Positions 27,063 to 36,700 of a stretch of 38,854 nt of DNA are shown here, piece by piece. Origin of the DNA: Simkaniaceae bacterium. GTDB taxonomy: Bacteria > Chlamydiota > Chlamydiia > Chlamydiales > JAJFMI01. Under the pieces are notes generated by a model. That model saw only the letters and a list, made by a program, of their open reading frames with translations, did no database searches and was not told the DNA's origin. The DNA is taken from positions 23,019-61,872 of the forward strand of contig JBBDIZ010000036.1 of assembly GCA_040880145.1 (NCBI GenBank). The letters are read 5' to 3'. How positions within the stretch are numbered: the stretch's first letter is position 1; each line of letters opens with the position of its first letter. The position numbers and the translations under genes are program-made.

Positions 27063-27975
27063 GCTCTTCTAAAAGACTTTGAAAACCGAGCCCGCTTTCC
27101 TTCCACATTTTTGGATACAGACTGATCGAGGTAAATCCGGGAATCGGGTTGACTTCATTAATATAAAACTCTCCTGATTCTTTGACTAAAAAATCGATTC
27201 GCGCCATACCGGCTCCACCTAAGACATCGTAGGCTTTAAGCGCGGCTGAGCGGATCGCCTCAGTTAAAGAAGAATCAATTTTTGCCGGAATAGCAAATTG
27301 GACCCTTTCTGAGGAAACATATTTTAATTCATATGAATAATAAGAATCTTTTGGCAAAATAATCTCTCCTAAACAAGAAGCTTTTGGATTTTTAGACCCA
27401 AGTATTCCACACTCAATTTCCCGTCCTTTAATTTCCTCTTCAATAATAACTTTTGAATCTATTTCGAAAGCCTTTTTAAGAGCCTCCTCAAAGGCCGCTT
27501 TACTGTAAACTTTCGATACGCCAAGCGAAGAACCCATGTGGGCGGGTTTCACAAAAAAAGGCAAAGAAAGCTTCTCAACCACCTCCTCAAAAGCATAATC
27601 TGATCTTGATTTAAGAGTGATCCAATTTGCTGTAGGCAAATGAGAAAAAGAAAGAAGCCGTTTCGTTAAATCTTTATCCATTGCAATGGTACAAAATGAA
27701 TGAGGAGGGCCGACAATAGGAATATTCAAAAGTTTTAACATTCCCTGAATCGTTCCATCTTCGCCATTCGGCCCATGAAGTATAGGAAAAGCGAGATCAA
27801 TTTCATGAAGCAGATTAATATCAAAATGACCCTCTCTTTCTATTTTAATGGGAATTAGGAGATATTTTTCTCGATTCATCATCTCTTGGATTGATTGAAA
27901 AGAGCGAAAAGAGATATCGTGTTCCGGAGAATTACCTCCATAAATAAGTCCGAGGCGTAAGGTCATGTAGCCCAT
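26995..27975 (-). CDS. ddl: D-alanine--D-alanine ligase
   Basis: GGNSPEHDIS, FPILHGPNGEDGTIQG, MDKDLTK, FVKPAHMGSSLGV, GREIECG, YSYELKY, ARIDF, INEVNPIPGFT. Confidence 0.95.
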   Translation of the reverse strand: MGYMTLRLGLIYGGNSPEHDISFRSFQSIQEMMNREKYLLIPIKIEREGHFDINLLHEIDLAFPILHGPNGEDGTIQGMLKLLNIPIVGPPHSFCTIAMDKDLTKRLLSFSHLPTANWITLKSRSDYAFEEVVEKLSLPFFVKPAHMGSSLGVSKVYSKAAFEEALKKAFEIDSKVIIEEEIKGREIECGILGSKNPKASCLGEIILPKDSYYSYELKYVSSERVQFAIPAKIDSSLTEAIRSAALKAYDVLGGAGMARIDFLVKESGEFYINEVNPIPGFTSISLYPKMWKESGLGFQSLLEELISSSQIRKNREGRTQHVAELL

Positions 27976-28042
27976 TGTACATAACCTTTTTTTATTGCAA
28001 AAGAAGTCTCATTCGACCATACGAAAAAAAAAGGAGATTGAT

Positions 28043-28477
28043 ATGCCCCTAGCTAAAGATGGCGATAAAGTGAAGGTTCATTACACTGGAAAGCTTTCAG
28101 ATGGAAAAGTTTTTGATAGCTCTTTGGAGCGGGAACCCATCGAATTCAAAATTGGAAAGTCACAAGTCATCCCGGGCTTTGAAACGGCTGTTATCGGCAT
28201 GAGCGAAGGGGAAGATAAAACGGTGGTCATAGAAGCTGATGATGCCTATGGTCCCCACTTAAACGAGCTGATTACCGATGTAGATAAAGCCCAATTCCCA
28301 AAAGACATTCAGCCGGAAGTTGGACAACAACTCGAAGTTCAAAGTGATGAAGGATTTCAGGCCATTGTGACCGTCTCAAAAGTCGATGAAGATATGGTAA
28401 CACTCGATGCCAACCACCCCTTAGCAGGAATGGATTTAACCTTCGATATCAAGCTGCTTGAGATCAACGAAAATTAA
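28043..28477 (+). CDS. FKBP-type peptidyl-prolyl isomerase (SlyD/SlpA-like, no His-rich tail)
   Basis: AAGGAG RBS before ATG 28043; VKVHYTGKLSDGKVFDSS, VIPGFE, AYG, LDANHPLAG. Confidence 0.93.
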   Translation: MPLAKDGDKVKVHYTGKLSDGKVFDSSLEREPIEFKIGKSQVIPGFETAVIGMSEGEDKTVVIEADDAYGPHLNELITDVDKAQFPKDIQPEVGQQLEVQSDEGFQAIVTVSKVDEDMVTLDANHPLAGMDLTFDIKLLEINEN

Positions 28478-28479
28478 TT

Positions 28480-29565
28480 TTAATCAAAAATATTGTCCTC
28501 ATCACTCCCAGAACTATAACTATTCGTTATAATAGGACTTTGAGAATGCTTTACTTCAAAGAAAATTCCATATTTTACGATAAAGTCATCATAATGATTA
28601 AATAAAAGCGGAGCAATATCTATTGCATATGTTTCATCATCAATATCAAAAATGGTTGCATTTTCATAATATTTTATTACGTCAATTACATCCATAACCT
28701 TATCTGAATTAATATTAAACGTTTCTGTAATTTGATAAACTTGATCCTTTTCCCACTTAAGATAAAGAACTGGAAAAAACGAAGCCAAATACGAATTATT
28801 TCTTATATAACCAACAAAACGCATATTTGGGGAATGATCAGAGGTGAAGCGATTCCATAACACTTGGTTTTTAATAGAAGCTACCACTTTTAAACTCACA
28901 AAAATATTAGAGAGGTCTTCTCTACAACTGATTATATTTTGCGGAAAAAACGTAGAAAACTTCTCCTTTTGATCAATTAGCTGTCCCCAAATAATTCCCG
29001 TTTGGGCATTAACGGCCATCTTACTCAGTTTATCTTCACCCGGAAAAACATGAACTCCACCCGCTTCATCTCCATGAATAATATGTTGAAAATTTGCAGC
29101 TATGGCCTCAATGGGAATTCTAGCCTGAGCAAAAAACTTAAAGTGGGCAGCTTCAGGGCGGGGATCATTAGAAGAATTAATTATAGAACGAGTTACTGTT
29201 GATAAAAGATAAGAGGTGCGCTCATTCTTTCTCTCCAGATCCTCCTCACAAAAAAGTTGTTTTCCAATCTTCTGAAATTCGTTTGTTGCTAAGAGAATGA
29301 TGTTTTTTTGATTCTGGTTTGGATCACAACCCGGAGAAAGCTTTGACAAAACCTTTATGCCTTTTCGAATGGGCGTTGTATCCATCTTCTTAAATTGACT
29401 TTCCTCTATATTATCCAAATCATCAAAATTGGGAATAATATCGTTAAATACGAGTTCATACTCTTCAGATTCTTCGCTAAAAAAATCCGGTGAATAAGCG
29501 CTCATATTATCTGATTCATCAGAAGACGCACTTGAGAAAAAATCACTACCCGAAATAGCATCCAA
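28480..29565 (-). CDS. EndoU-like ribonuclease domain protein with acidic/Ser-rich N-terminus (candidate effector)
   Basis: FQHIIHGDEAGGVH (~29050-29091), KFSTFFP (~28942-28962), FVGY..ASFFP (~28771-28820): bacterial EndoU motif order; AT-rich. Confidence 0.72.
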   Translation of the reverse strand: MDAISGSDFFSSASSDESDNMSAYSPDFFSEESEEYELVFNDIIPNFDDLDNIEESQFKKMDTTPIRKGIKVLSKLSPGCDPNQNQKNIILLATNEFQKIGKQLFCEEDLERKNERTSYLLSTVTRSIINSSNDPRPEAAHFKFFAQARIPIEAIAANFQHIIHGDEAGGVHVFPGEDKLSKMAVNAQTGIIWGQLIDQKEKFSTFFPQNIISCREDLSNIFVSLKVVASIKNQVLWNRFTSDHSPNMRFVGYIRNNSYLASFFPVLYLKWEKDQVYQITETFNINSDKVMDVIDVIKYYENATIFDIDDETYAIDIAPLLFNHYDDFIVKYGIFFEVKHSQSPIITNSYSSGSDEDNIFD

Positions 29566-29570
29566 AACAA

Positions 29571-29620
29571 ACCCCTATTATTTATTTAATATATTAATAA
29601 TATTAACAAATAATAGGGAT
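29571..29620 (-). terminator. Hairpin downstream of the cyclophilin gene that includes the RBS of the EndoU-like gene
   Basis: 11-bp perfect arms CCCTATTATTT (29573-29583) and AAATAATAGGG (29608-29618), followed on the minus strand by GTTTGTTTTG. Confidence 0.5.
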
Positions 29621-29635
29621 TATTGTAAATAGATA

Positions 29636-30166
29636 TTACTTTTTTATAAATATTTTTATTATTTTTTGGCTTTCTTTTGGGCGGTCTCCAGGGAGCTTAG
29701 GGCAATTCTCTATCTTTTCTACAATATCATACCCTGAAACGACTTCACCAAAGATGGTGTGATGTCGATTGAGCCAGGGGGTTTTAGCTGTTGTAATGAA
29801 GAATTGGCTTCCGTTGGTATTAGGTCCACTATTGGCCATAGCTAAAAGCCCTTTCTTAGAGAACGTTAGCTTATCACTAAATTCATCTTCAAAGCTTTTG
29901 CCATAAATGGATTTTCCACCTCGGCCCGTGCCCGTTGGATCCCCTCCCTGGATCATAAATCCTTTAATTACTCTATGAAAAGTAACCCCATTATAATAAC
30001 CCTCTTTTGCTAGCTTAATGAAATTCTCACAAGCCTTTGGGGCAACATCGGGATAAAGCTTGATCTCAATTTTTCCCTGATTTGTTTCAAGTACGACATT
30101 TTTCTCCATAACCTCACCTGCATTCAACCCAATAATAGCCAATACTCCAAAGAGTAACTTTTTCAT
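29636..30166 (-). CDS. Cyclophilin-type peptidyl-prolyl isomerase with signal peptide
   Basis: APKACENF, YYNGVTFHRVIKGFMIQGGDPTGTG, LAMANSGPNTNGSQFFIT, WLNRHHTIFG; AGGAG RBS. Confidence 0.95.
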   Translation of the reverse strand: MKKLLFGVLAIIGLNAGEVMEKNVVLETNQGKIEIKLYPDVAPKACENFIKLAKEGYYNGVTFHRVIKGFMIQGGDPTGTGRGGKSIYGKSFEDEFSDKLTFSKKGLLAMANSGPNTNGSQFFITTAKTPWLNRHHTIFGEVVSGYDIVEKIENCPKLPGDRPKESQKIIKIFIKK

Positions 30167-30246
30167 AATAAACTCCTGCTGTTTTTAATGATATTGACTT
30201 TAGAATTACAATTTTGTTAAATTAAAAATATAATTATGGTGAAATT

Positions 30247-33006
30247 ATGTATGATCCTTTAGAGCCCGGAACTGACCCTTCCCAAAATTTCCTCGAATAT
30301 CCCGAAGAGCCCTTGGACAAAGTGTTTAACCCTCAATCAGTTGCTGTTATCGGAGCCACCGAAAAAGAGGGCAGTGTCGGGCGTACGCTCATGCATAATC
30401 TCACGTCATCTGACTTTGGGGGACGCATCTTTCCCATTAATCCAAAGCGAAGTACAGTTTTAGGCAAGAAGTGCTATCCTTCAATCGAGAGTATTCCCGA
30501 AGATATTGACCTTGTTATTGTCGTGACTCCAGCCAAAACAGTCCCTTCCCTTATAACAGAGTGCGTAAAAAAAAACATCAAAGCCGGAGTAATCATATCA
30601 GCCGGCTTTAAAGAGCTTGGAGAAGAGGGGCAAAAATTAGAAGAGAAAACCATGAAAATCGCCCATGAGGGTGGTATGAGGATTATTGGCCCAAACTGTC
30701 TAGGGGTTATGAATCCTATTTTAGGACTCAATGGAACCTTTGCAGCAGATATGGCACTTCCCGGTAATATTGCCTTTATCAGCCAATCAGGAGCCATGTG
30801 TACGGCCGTCTTGGACTGGAGTTTCAAAGAAAAAATCGGTTTCAGCTCATTTATATCGATCGGCTCGATGGCTGATGTTGGATGGGGGGATTTAATCAAT
30901 TACCTTGGAAATGACCCAAACACAAAAAGCATCCTAATCTACATGGAAAGCATTGGAGATCCTCGATTATTTTTGAGTGCAGCAAGGCGCGTTGCCTTAA
31001 CCAAACCCATAGTTGTCATTAAATCCGGACGAACAGAAGAAGCCGCTGAAGCGGCAGCCTCTCATACGGGATCTCTTGCTGGATCTGATGATGTTTTAGA
31101 TGCCGCATTTAAAAGAGCAGGCGTCATGCGAGTCGACACAATTGAAGAGCTTTTCATGATGGCTCTAGTTCTTGCCAAACAATCAGAACCAAAAGGACCC
31201 AATCTTACAATTCTAACAAACGCGGGTGGTCCGGCCGTTCTTGCAACCGATGCGACCGCTCTTGGCGGCGCTAACTTGACAAAACTCGACAAAAAAAGCC
31301 TTGATGAATTGAACAAATTTCTTCCTGACGCCTGGAGCCATGCCAATCCGGTCGATCTACTTGGAGATGCTGATGCTGATCGTTATCAAAGAGCTCTTAA
31401 AATTATAGCCGATGATAAAAATAGCGACGGTATTTTGGTCATCTTATCCCCTCAAGACATGACAGAACCCTATAAAACTGCTGAAGCCCTTGCTGCCTTT
31501 AATAATATTCCGGAAAAAACGGTTCTAACAAGTTGGATGGGAGGACCCGCTGTAGAAAAAGGCGCCCAGTTTCTAAAAGAAAACCAAATTCCATGCTTTG
31601 AGTACCCCGATACCGCAGCCTCCGTCTTTGCTCGAATGTGGCAACATAGCAAAGAGCTTCGATCTCTTTATGAAACGCCCATTCTACATGAAGAAAGCAA
31701 GCGAGCCTCTTTCACTAAAAGACAAGATGAAGCAAATAACATCATTCAAAAAGCGAGTAATGAAAATCGCTCTTTACTCACAGAAATGGAATCTAAGGAA
31801 CTATTAAAGCTCTATGATATCCCCGTTGTTGAAACCATTATTGCCGCCTCAGTTAAGGAGGCTCGGCAAGCAGCTGAAAAAATGGGATTTCCAGTTGTTT
31901 TAAAGCTCCACTCTGAAACCATTACTCATAAAACGGATGTCGGCGGGGTAAAGCTCAATATCAAAAGTATAGATGAAGTGGAAAAGTGCTTTTTAGAAAT
32001 TGAAGAAAGCGTTTCGAGATTGAAGGGAAAAGAGCATTTCCTTGGGGTGACTGTTCAACAAATGATCAGTTTAGAAGGTTATGAGCTTATTTTAGGCAGC
32101 ACCTTAGACATTCAGTTTGGTCCTGTTATGCTTTTTGGCTCAGGCGGACAACTTGTTGAAGTCTTTAAAGACAGCACCCTCGCCCTTCCTCCTCTAAATA
32201 CGACTTTAGCTAGAAAAATGATGGAAGAGACCAAGATTTTTGAAGCCCTTCTGGGCGTCAGAGGACGAGAAAGCATTGATATTACTGGGTTGGAAATGCT
32301 CCTTGTAAATTTTTCTGAACTGATCTCAGAGCTTCCATGGATTAAAGAATGCGATATCAATCCATTGCTAGCCTCAACCGATCGATTGATTGCTTTAGAT
32401 GCCCGAATTATTCTCCATGACAGCCCTACACAGGAAAAAGAGCTTTCGCACCTAGCAATCCGCCCCTACCCCATCGAATATATAAAAAAAACGACGCTAA
32501 AAGATCAAACCCCCATAACGCTTCGACCGCTCCGTCCTGAAGATGAGTCTAAAATCATTGAATTTCACAAAAAACTATCAGAGAAAAGCGTTCGAAACCG
32601 CTATTTTCAGTTCTTAAGCTTAGAAGAGCGCACTGCCCACGATCGACTCACTCGAATCCTCTTGTCTGATTATGATTATGAGATGGCGATTGTTGTAGAG
32701 GAAAAAGAAAAGATTGTAGGAGTGGCTCGAATCGTTCGATTTCCAAGATCAAATGAAGCCTACTTTAAACTCATTATCGCCGATAAATTTCATGGAAAGG
32801 GCCTTGGAACTCTCTTGATCGATCATATCATCGACATCGCAAAAAAAGAGGGGATCACCACACTTCAAGCGCAAATCCTCGAAGAAAACAATGTATTAAT
32901 CAGTATTTTAGAGAAAAAGGGCTTTAGAATAAAAAAAGTGTCGCAAACCCCTCCAATCATTCAAGCAAAATTGAATTTTACAACAAAATCAGGAAAGTCC
33001 ACATGA
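30247..33006 (+). CDS. Bifunctional ADP-forming acyl-CoA synthetase-like / GNAT acetyltransferase (Pat/Pka family)
   Basis: [52 protein letters not shown]-grasp HKTDVGGV and DINPL, C-terminal GNAT FHGKGLG. Confidence 0.92.
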   Translation: MYDPLEPGTDPSQNFLEYPEEPLDKVFNPQSVAVIGATEKEGSVGRTLMHNLTSSDFGGRIFPINPKRSTVLGKKCYPSIESIPEDIDLVIVVTPAKTVPSLITECVKKNIKAGVIISAGFKELGEEGQKLEEKTMKIAHEGGMRIIGPNCLGVMNPILGLNGTFAADMALPGNIAFISQSGAMCTAVLDWSFKEKIGFSSFISIGSMADVGWGDLINYLGNDPNTKSILIYMESIGDPRLFLSAARRVALTKPIVVIKSGRTEEAAEAAASHTGSLAGSDDVLDAAFKRAGVMRVDTIEELFMMALVLAKQSEPKGPNLTILTNAGGPAVLATDATALGGANLTKLDKKSLDELNKFLPDAWSHANPVDLLGDADADRYQRALKIIADDKNSDGILVILSPQDMTEPYKTAEALAAFNNIPEKTVLTSWMGGPAVEKGAQFLKENQIPCFEYPDTAASVFARMWQHSKELRSLYETPILHEESKRASFTKRQDEANNIIQKASNENRSLLTEMESKELLKLYDIPVVETIIAASVKEARQAAEKMGFPVVLKLHSETITHKTDVGGVKLNIKSIDEVEKCFLEIEESVSRLKGKEHFLGVTVQQMISLEGYELILGSTLDIQFGPVMLFGSGGQLVEVFKDSTLALPPLNTTLARKMMEETKIFEALLGVRGRESIDITGLEMLLVNFSELISELPWIKECDINPLLASTDRLIALDARIILHDSPTQEKELSHLAIRPYPIEYIKKTTLKDQTPITLRPLRPEDESKIIEFHKKLSEKSVRNRYFQFLSLEERTAHDRLTRILLSDYDYEMAIVVEEKEKIVGVARIVRFPRSNEAYFKLIIADKFHGKGLGTLLIDHIIDIAKKEGITTLQAQILEENNVLISILEKKGFRIKKVSQTPPIIQAKLNFTTKSGKST

Positions 33007-33124
33007 AAATGCTAATACCCTTTTCCACCGCTTATAACAAGCATCTTCAAAGATCGTTCAAAACCAAGCTTTAAAGCCTCCAGTTTAGGAGGTAAAGTCT
33101 TCAAAAATTCTTGAATAAGTCAAA

Positions 33125-33769
33125 TCATTTCTTCATGCAATTTCCCTGGGGTATGCTTACAATCTTCAATGCTTCCTCATAGGTCTCTTCCATGAGAGGA
33201 ATTAACTCTTCTTGGAGTTTTCCGGGTACAAGTTCTTTTGTCCATTCATTGTTTTTATTGATACGGGTCAGTGGAATTGGGGCTGACATTTTCATTTCTG
33301 CTGCCCTATAAAAGATTTTATTTTTTGCTAAAAAGACAAGAGCAACAGATCCATCAAGAGGACGGTCATCAGTTTTTGTTCGGAATGAAATCGAGACGTT
33401 CACTCTATCAGTATTAAATGGATATTCCTTTAAATAAGGTCTGATTTTTTCATGAGTGTTGATTCGATGTAAAAGTCGTTGAACGGCATCTACTTCCATT
33501 TTTCTAGCATCGTTTACCGTTGATTTTCTGTAAGAAATGAAAAGCACTTCTATTTTCTCAACATCTGAGGGCATGCTTCCTCCACTTCCGTAGCAATGAA
33601 GGGCGTATGTATTTGTCATATCGTCAGAAAAATCTTTAACAATCTCATTGACATATTTTTCATAATCAGAAGGTTTTGTCTCATTGGCTTTTAATTTGAA
33701 TCCTGCGAATACAATAAAAAATAAAAATATAAAAATATTAACGCGAGTTTGCATTTTTCGATCCCTCAT
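33125..33769 (-). CDS. Exported protein, putative immunity protein of the Rhs toxin; likely start ATG 33754
   Basis: Overlaps the Rhs stop; signal peptide MQTRVNIFIFLFFIVFAGFKLKA; GSGGSMP..V, ARKMEV, IN..EKIRPYL.EYPF pattern recalled from chlamydial Rhs-adjacent genes. Confidence 0.7.
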   Translation of the reverse strand: MRDRKMQTRVNIFIFLFFIVFAGFKLKANETKPSDYEKYVNEIVKDFSDDMTNTYALHCYGSGGSMPSDVEKIEVLFISYRKSTVNDARKMEVDAVQRLLHRINTHEKIRPYLKEYPFNTDRVNVSISFRTKTDDRPLDGSVALVFLAKNKIFYRAAEMKMSAPIPLTRINKNNEWTKELVPGKLQEELIPLMEETYEEALKIVSIPQGNCMKK

Positions 33770-36700
33770 AAAATATAAAATTTTCCTTTAATTCGTTGAT
33801 ATGGTCTCCCCAAGCCTTAAAATAAGTTGGTCGCAGAAAGCCATGATCGGCTATCCAGAGATTTTTGTCATTCCTGCTTGATATGCAAGATATTATACGG
33901 ACATCATAATCAGGGTTATTCATAAAGCGTTTAGCATATCCTAAAAGTCCAAATCCAGTTATATAGTCTTGGTTTGAATAGACATTGATTACCGAAGCGC
34001 CTTGCTTTTGAGCTAAAGGTTCAGCTGGACCTACCGCAAAAACATAAAGAATTTTTTGAAGAATTTCCTGTTGAACTCTTGTCATACCTTCAATCGCTCT
34101 TTTGGTAATTACTCCATTTTCACTATGAGGAATGCACAGCCAAAGAGATTGTGGATTTATATTATATAATTTTTCTCCTGTGGTTGCCATAAATTGGCGA
34201 GCTAAACAAACAATCGGCGTTTCAATTTTTTCCCGTTCTTTTCGAACTCTATCTAGGTCTATGCCGCATCCTAAACCATAAGGACCAAGTCCTGTAGGAT
34301 TGTACAATGCCATTAGAAGGGTGTCTCCCACTTTTTGTCCTACTTGCGAGGACATGTTGAAGCATTCTTCTAAACTAGTATAGACCCCATTTCCAACTGT
34401 CACCAAATTAAAATATTTTCCATCAGTTGGTGTCAGTTCATGTAAATGGTTCATTATGTCCACGTTGTTTGTCTTAAGCTCTTCGGGAGTGAACTGAAGC
34501 TGATGCCAATGTCCGCAGCAGAGAACAAAGTCGACTTCGATTCCATTAATCACACCTTTAGCAAGGAATGCGTTAAAACCGGGTAAACGTGGAATAACAG
34601 GAACTGGTATATTTATTTGAACTTGCTTAAACGGGTCTTCAGAGATCAATCCAAACAGATCCAATCGATTGAGCGGATTATTTTGTACAAAGACATAAAG
34701 GTTAGCTCCATCTACAAACCCTGCGGGGTCTGGATTCAGCCAACGTCCAAGAGTTGGGTCATAAAAACGAAGACCAAAGAAGAAGAGCCCCTCTTCACTA
34801 CGTTTTGAAGAAAAACGCCAGGGGTTGAAGGGGGCAGGGGATTTTTCTTTGCCAAATGCATCGATTTCATATTTTTCGGCAATGTTCCCATCGGGAGAAA
34901 CGATGGCAACGATATTTCCGTTGAAATCATGTAGGGGAGCATAGACATTTCCTCCAATTTCAAGTGCAACAGCAGCCCCAATGTCTCCTCGTATTCCCAG
35001 CCCAAGAATCTTAAGTTCTAGGAGGTGACCTCTTTCGCCTTGAGTACCTATTTCTCGATCTCGATCATAGAGATAAAAAACTTTTCCTTCTTTTTTCCAG
35101 GCATTAGCAGTATAGGTATAGGTTTCTTTCGCAAATAATCGAGATAAAGGGTCATAGAAATAAAGGACCTTTCTCTTCTGTGCAGTAGTGATTTTGATCA
35201 ATCTGCCAAGAGGGTCAAATTTGTACTCAATTGTCTCATTGCTAATCATCTTCTCCTTCGGATTGCCGTTGTCGTCGTAGGTTAAGGTACACTCAGGGGT
35301 AGCATAGATCTGGTTCAAATTATTGATTTCAAATTCCGTCGGATTTCCAAGAGAATCAAAATCGTAGACTTGGTCTCCTTCTTCTTTGAGTTGGTTCAAA
35401 GCGTCATGCTTATAAAATTTCTCTCCAAAAAGCGAATTATGTGTCCTGGTGACAAGTCCACAAGGTCCGTAGGAAATCGAAAGCTCCAGATAAGAGCAAG
35501 TCTGGCTTTTGGGGCGCTCTAACAGGTCGTGAGTAGTTTGAATCTTCCCAAGATCAAAAATACAATCTTCCTCAGCAATACGCCCATTACAATCGAATTT
35601 ACAATAGCTATGCTCATACAGAAGATTTCCCCGAGGATCTTTTCTTTGGACAGCGCCGATATGAATGCCTTTAGCAAGGTAAGCAACCGAAGAGCCATCT
35701 GGTAGCGTGAACAAGATACAGCGACCTATCGAATCATAGTCCCATCTGCTCGATAAGCCTCTACTATTTGTTTCGGAAATCACCTGTCCGAATAGATTAT
35801 ATCGGCGTGTTAGAGCCGTCTCTTGAATTAAATCGGAAATTTGAACGGGATCGGGACCAGTTTCATAGAAGTACTGGTAATGGATTTTTCCATCCGAACT
35901 GGTTAATTCTTGCAAACGATCAGCACCATCATAGGAATAATGAAGGCAAACTCCATTGGGCAGAATTTTCCATTCGAGGCGGCCCATTGAATCGTAATCA
36001 TAAAAAGTAGTTTTTTGCCCACTTTCAATCTCTGCTTTTACCCTACCCATCACATCGTATTTCCAGGTGATCGGAATTTCTTTGATTTTCATGCCATCTG
36101 CGTAAACATAGGAGATTAGTTCAGCTTTGTTTCCTGAAGCGTCATACAAAAACCTTTCTTTGAATACGGTTTGTCCTTGGGCATTTTTCTTTTCTCGCGA
36201 TACAATCCGCTTGCCTGCATCATAGGTTTCAACAGTTGTATGCCCAATAGGGTCAGTCGTAGTTTTTTGCAGTACATTTTGGCCTAATTCATTTTGGAAA
36301 AATTCATTCCAAATAAACGTCGTAATGTAACCGTTGGGATCGGTATGGCTCGAGAGTTCACCATCTGTGTAATTGAATAAATCGACAGACTCTCCCTGAG
36401 AGGTTTTGCGGAACGCTTTTTCTTTTTGATTTTCTTGATCGTAAGAAAATTTCATCCAATTCTCAATCCGACCTGTTGGTTCCTCTTCCCATTGCTCATC
36501 GATAAAACCTTCAACATTATATTTTTGAACAAGAGCGATTATGCCATTATCCATCTTCTCTAAGAAGCCAAGAGGGTCGTAGGCAAAAGTGATTTTTCTA
36601 TCCTGAGCCTCTTCTGCAATTTTTCGTCCTGCCCCGTCATAGGTAAACTCTGTTTTTAAACCTCTTGTATCGGTATAAGAAAGAAGCTGGAAAGAACCAT

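Noticed and set aside
26995..27975. VanA-type D-Ala-D-Lac ligase
   Set aside because: The omega loop YSYELKY retains the Tyr typical of D-Ala-D-Ala ligases; no vanH or vanX neighbours.
33007..33124. Possible gene remnant or terminator (CCTCC-N6-GGAGG) between pat and the immunity gene
   Set aside because: Stem is only 5-6 bp and the open frames are short and start-less; not enough support.
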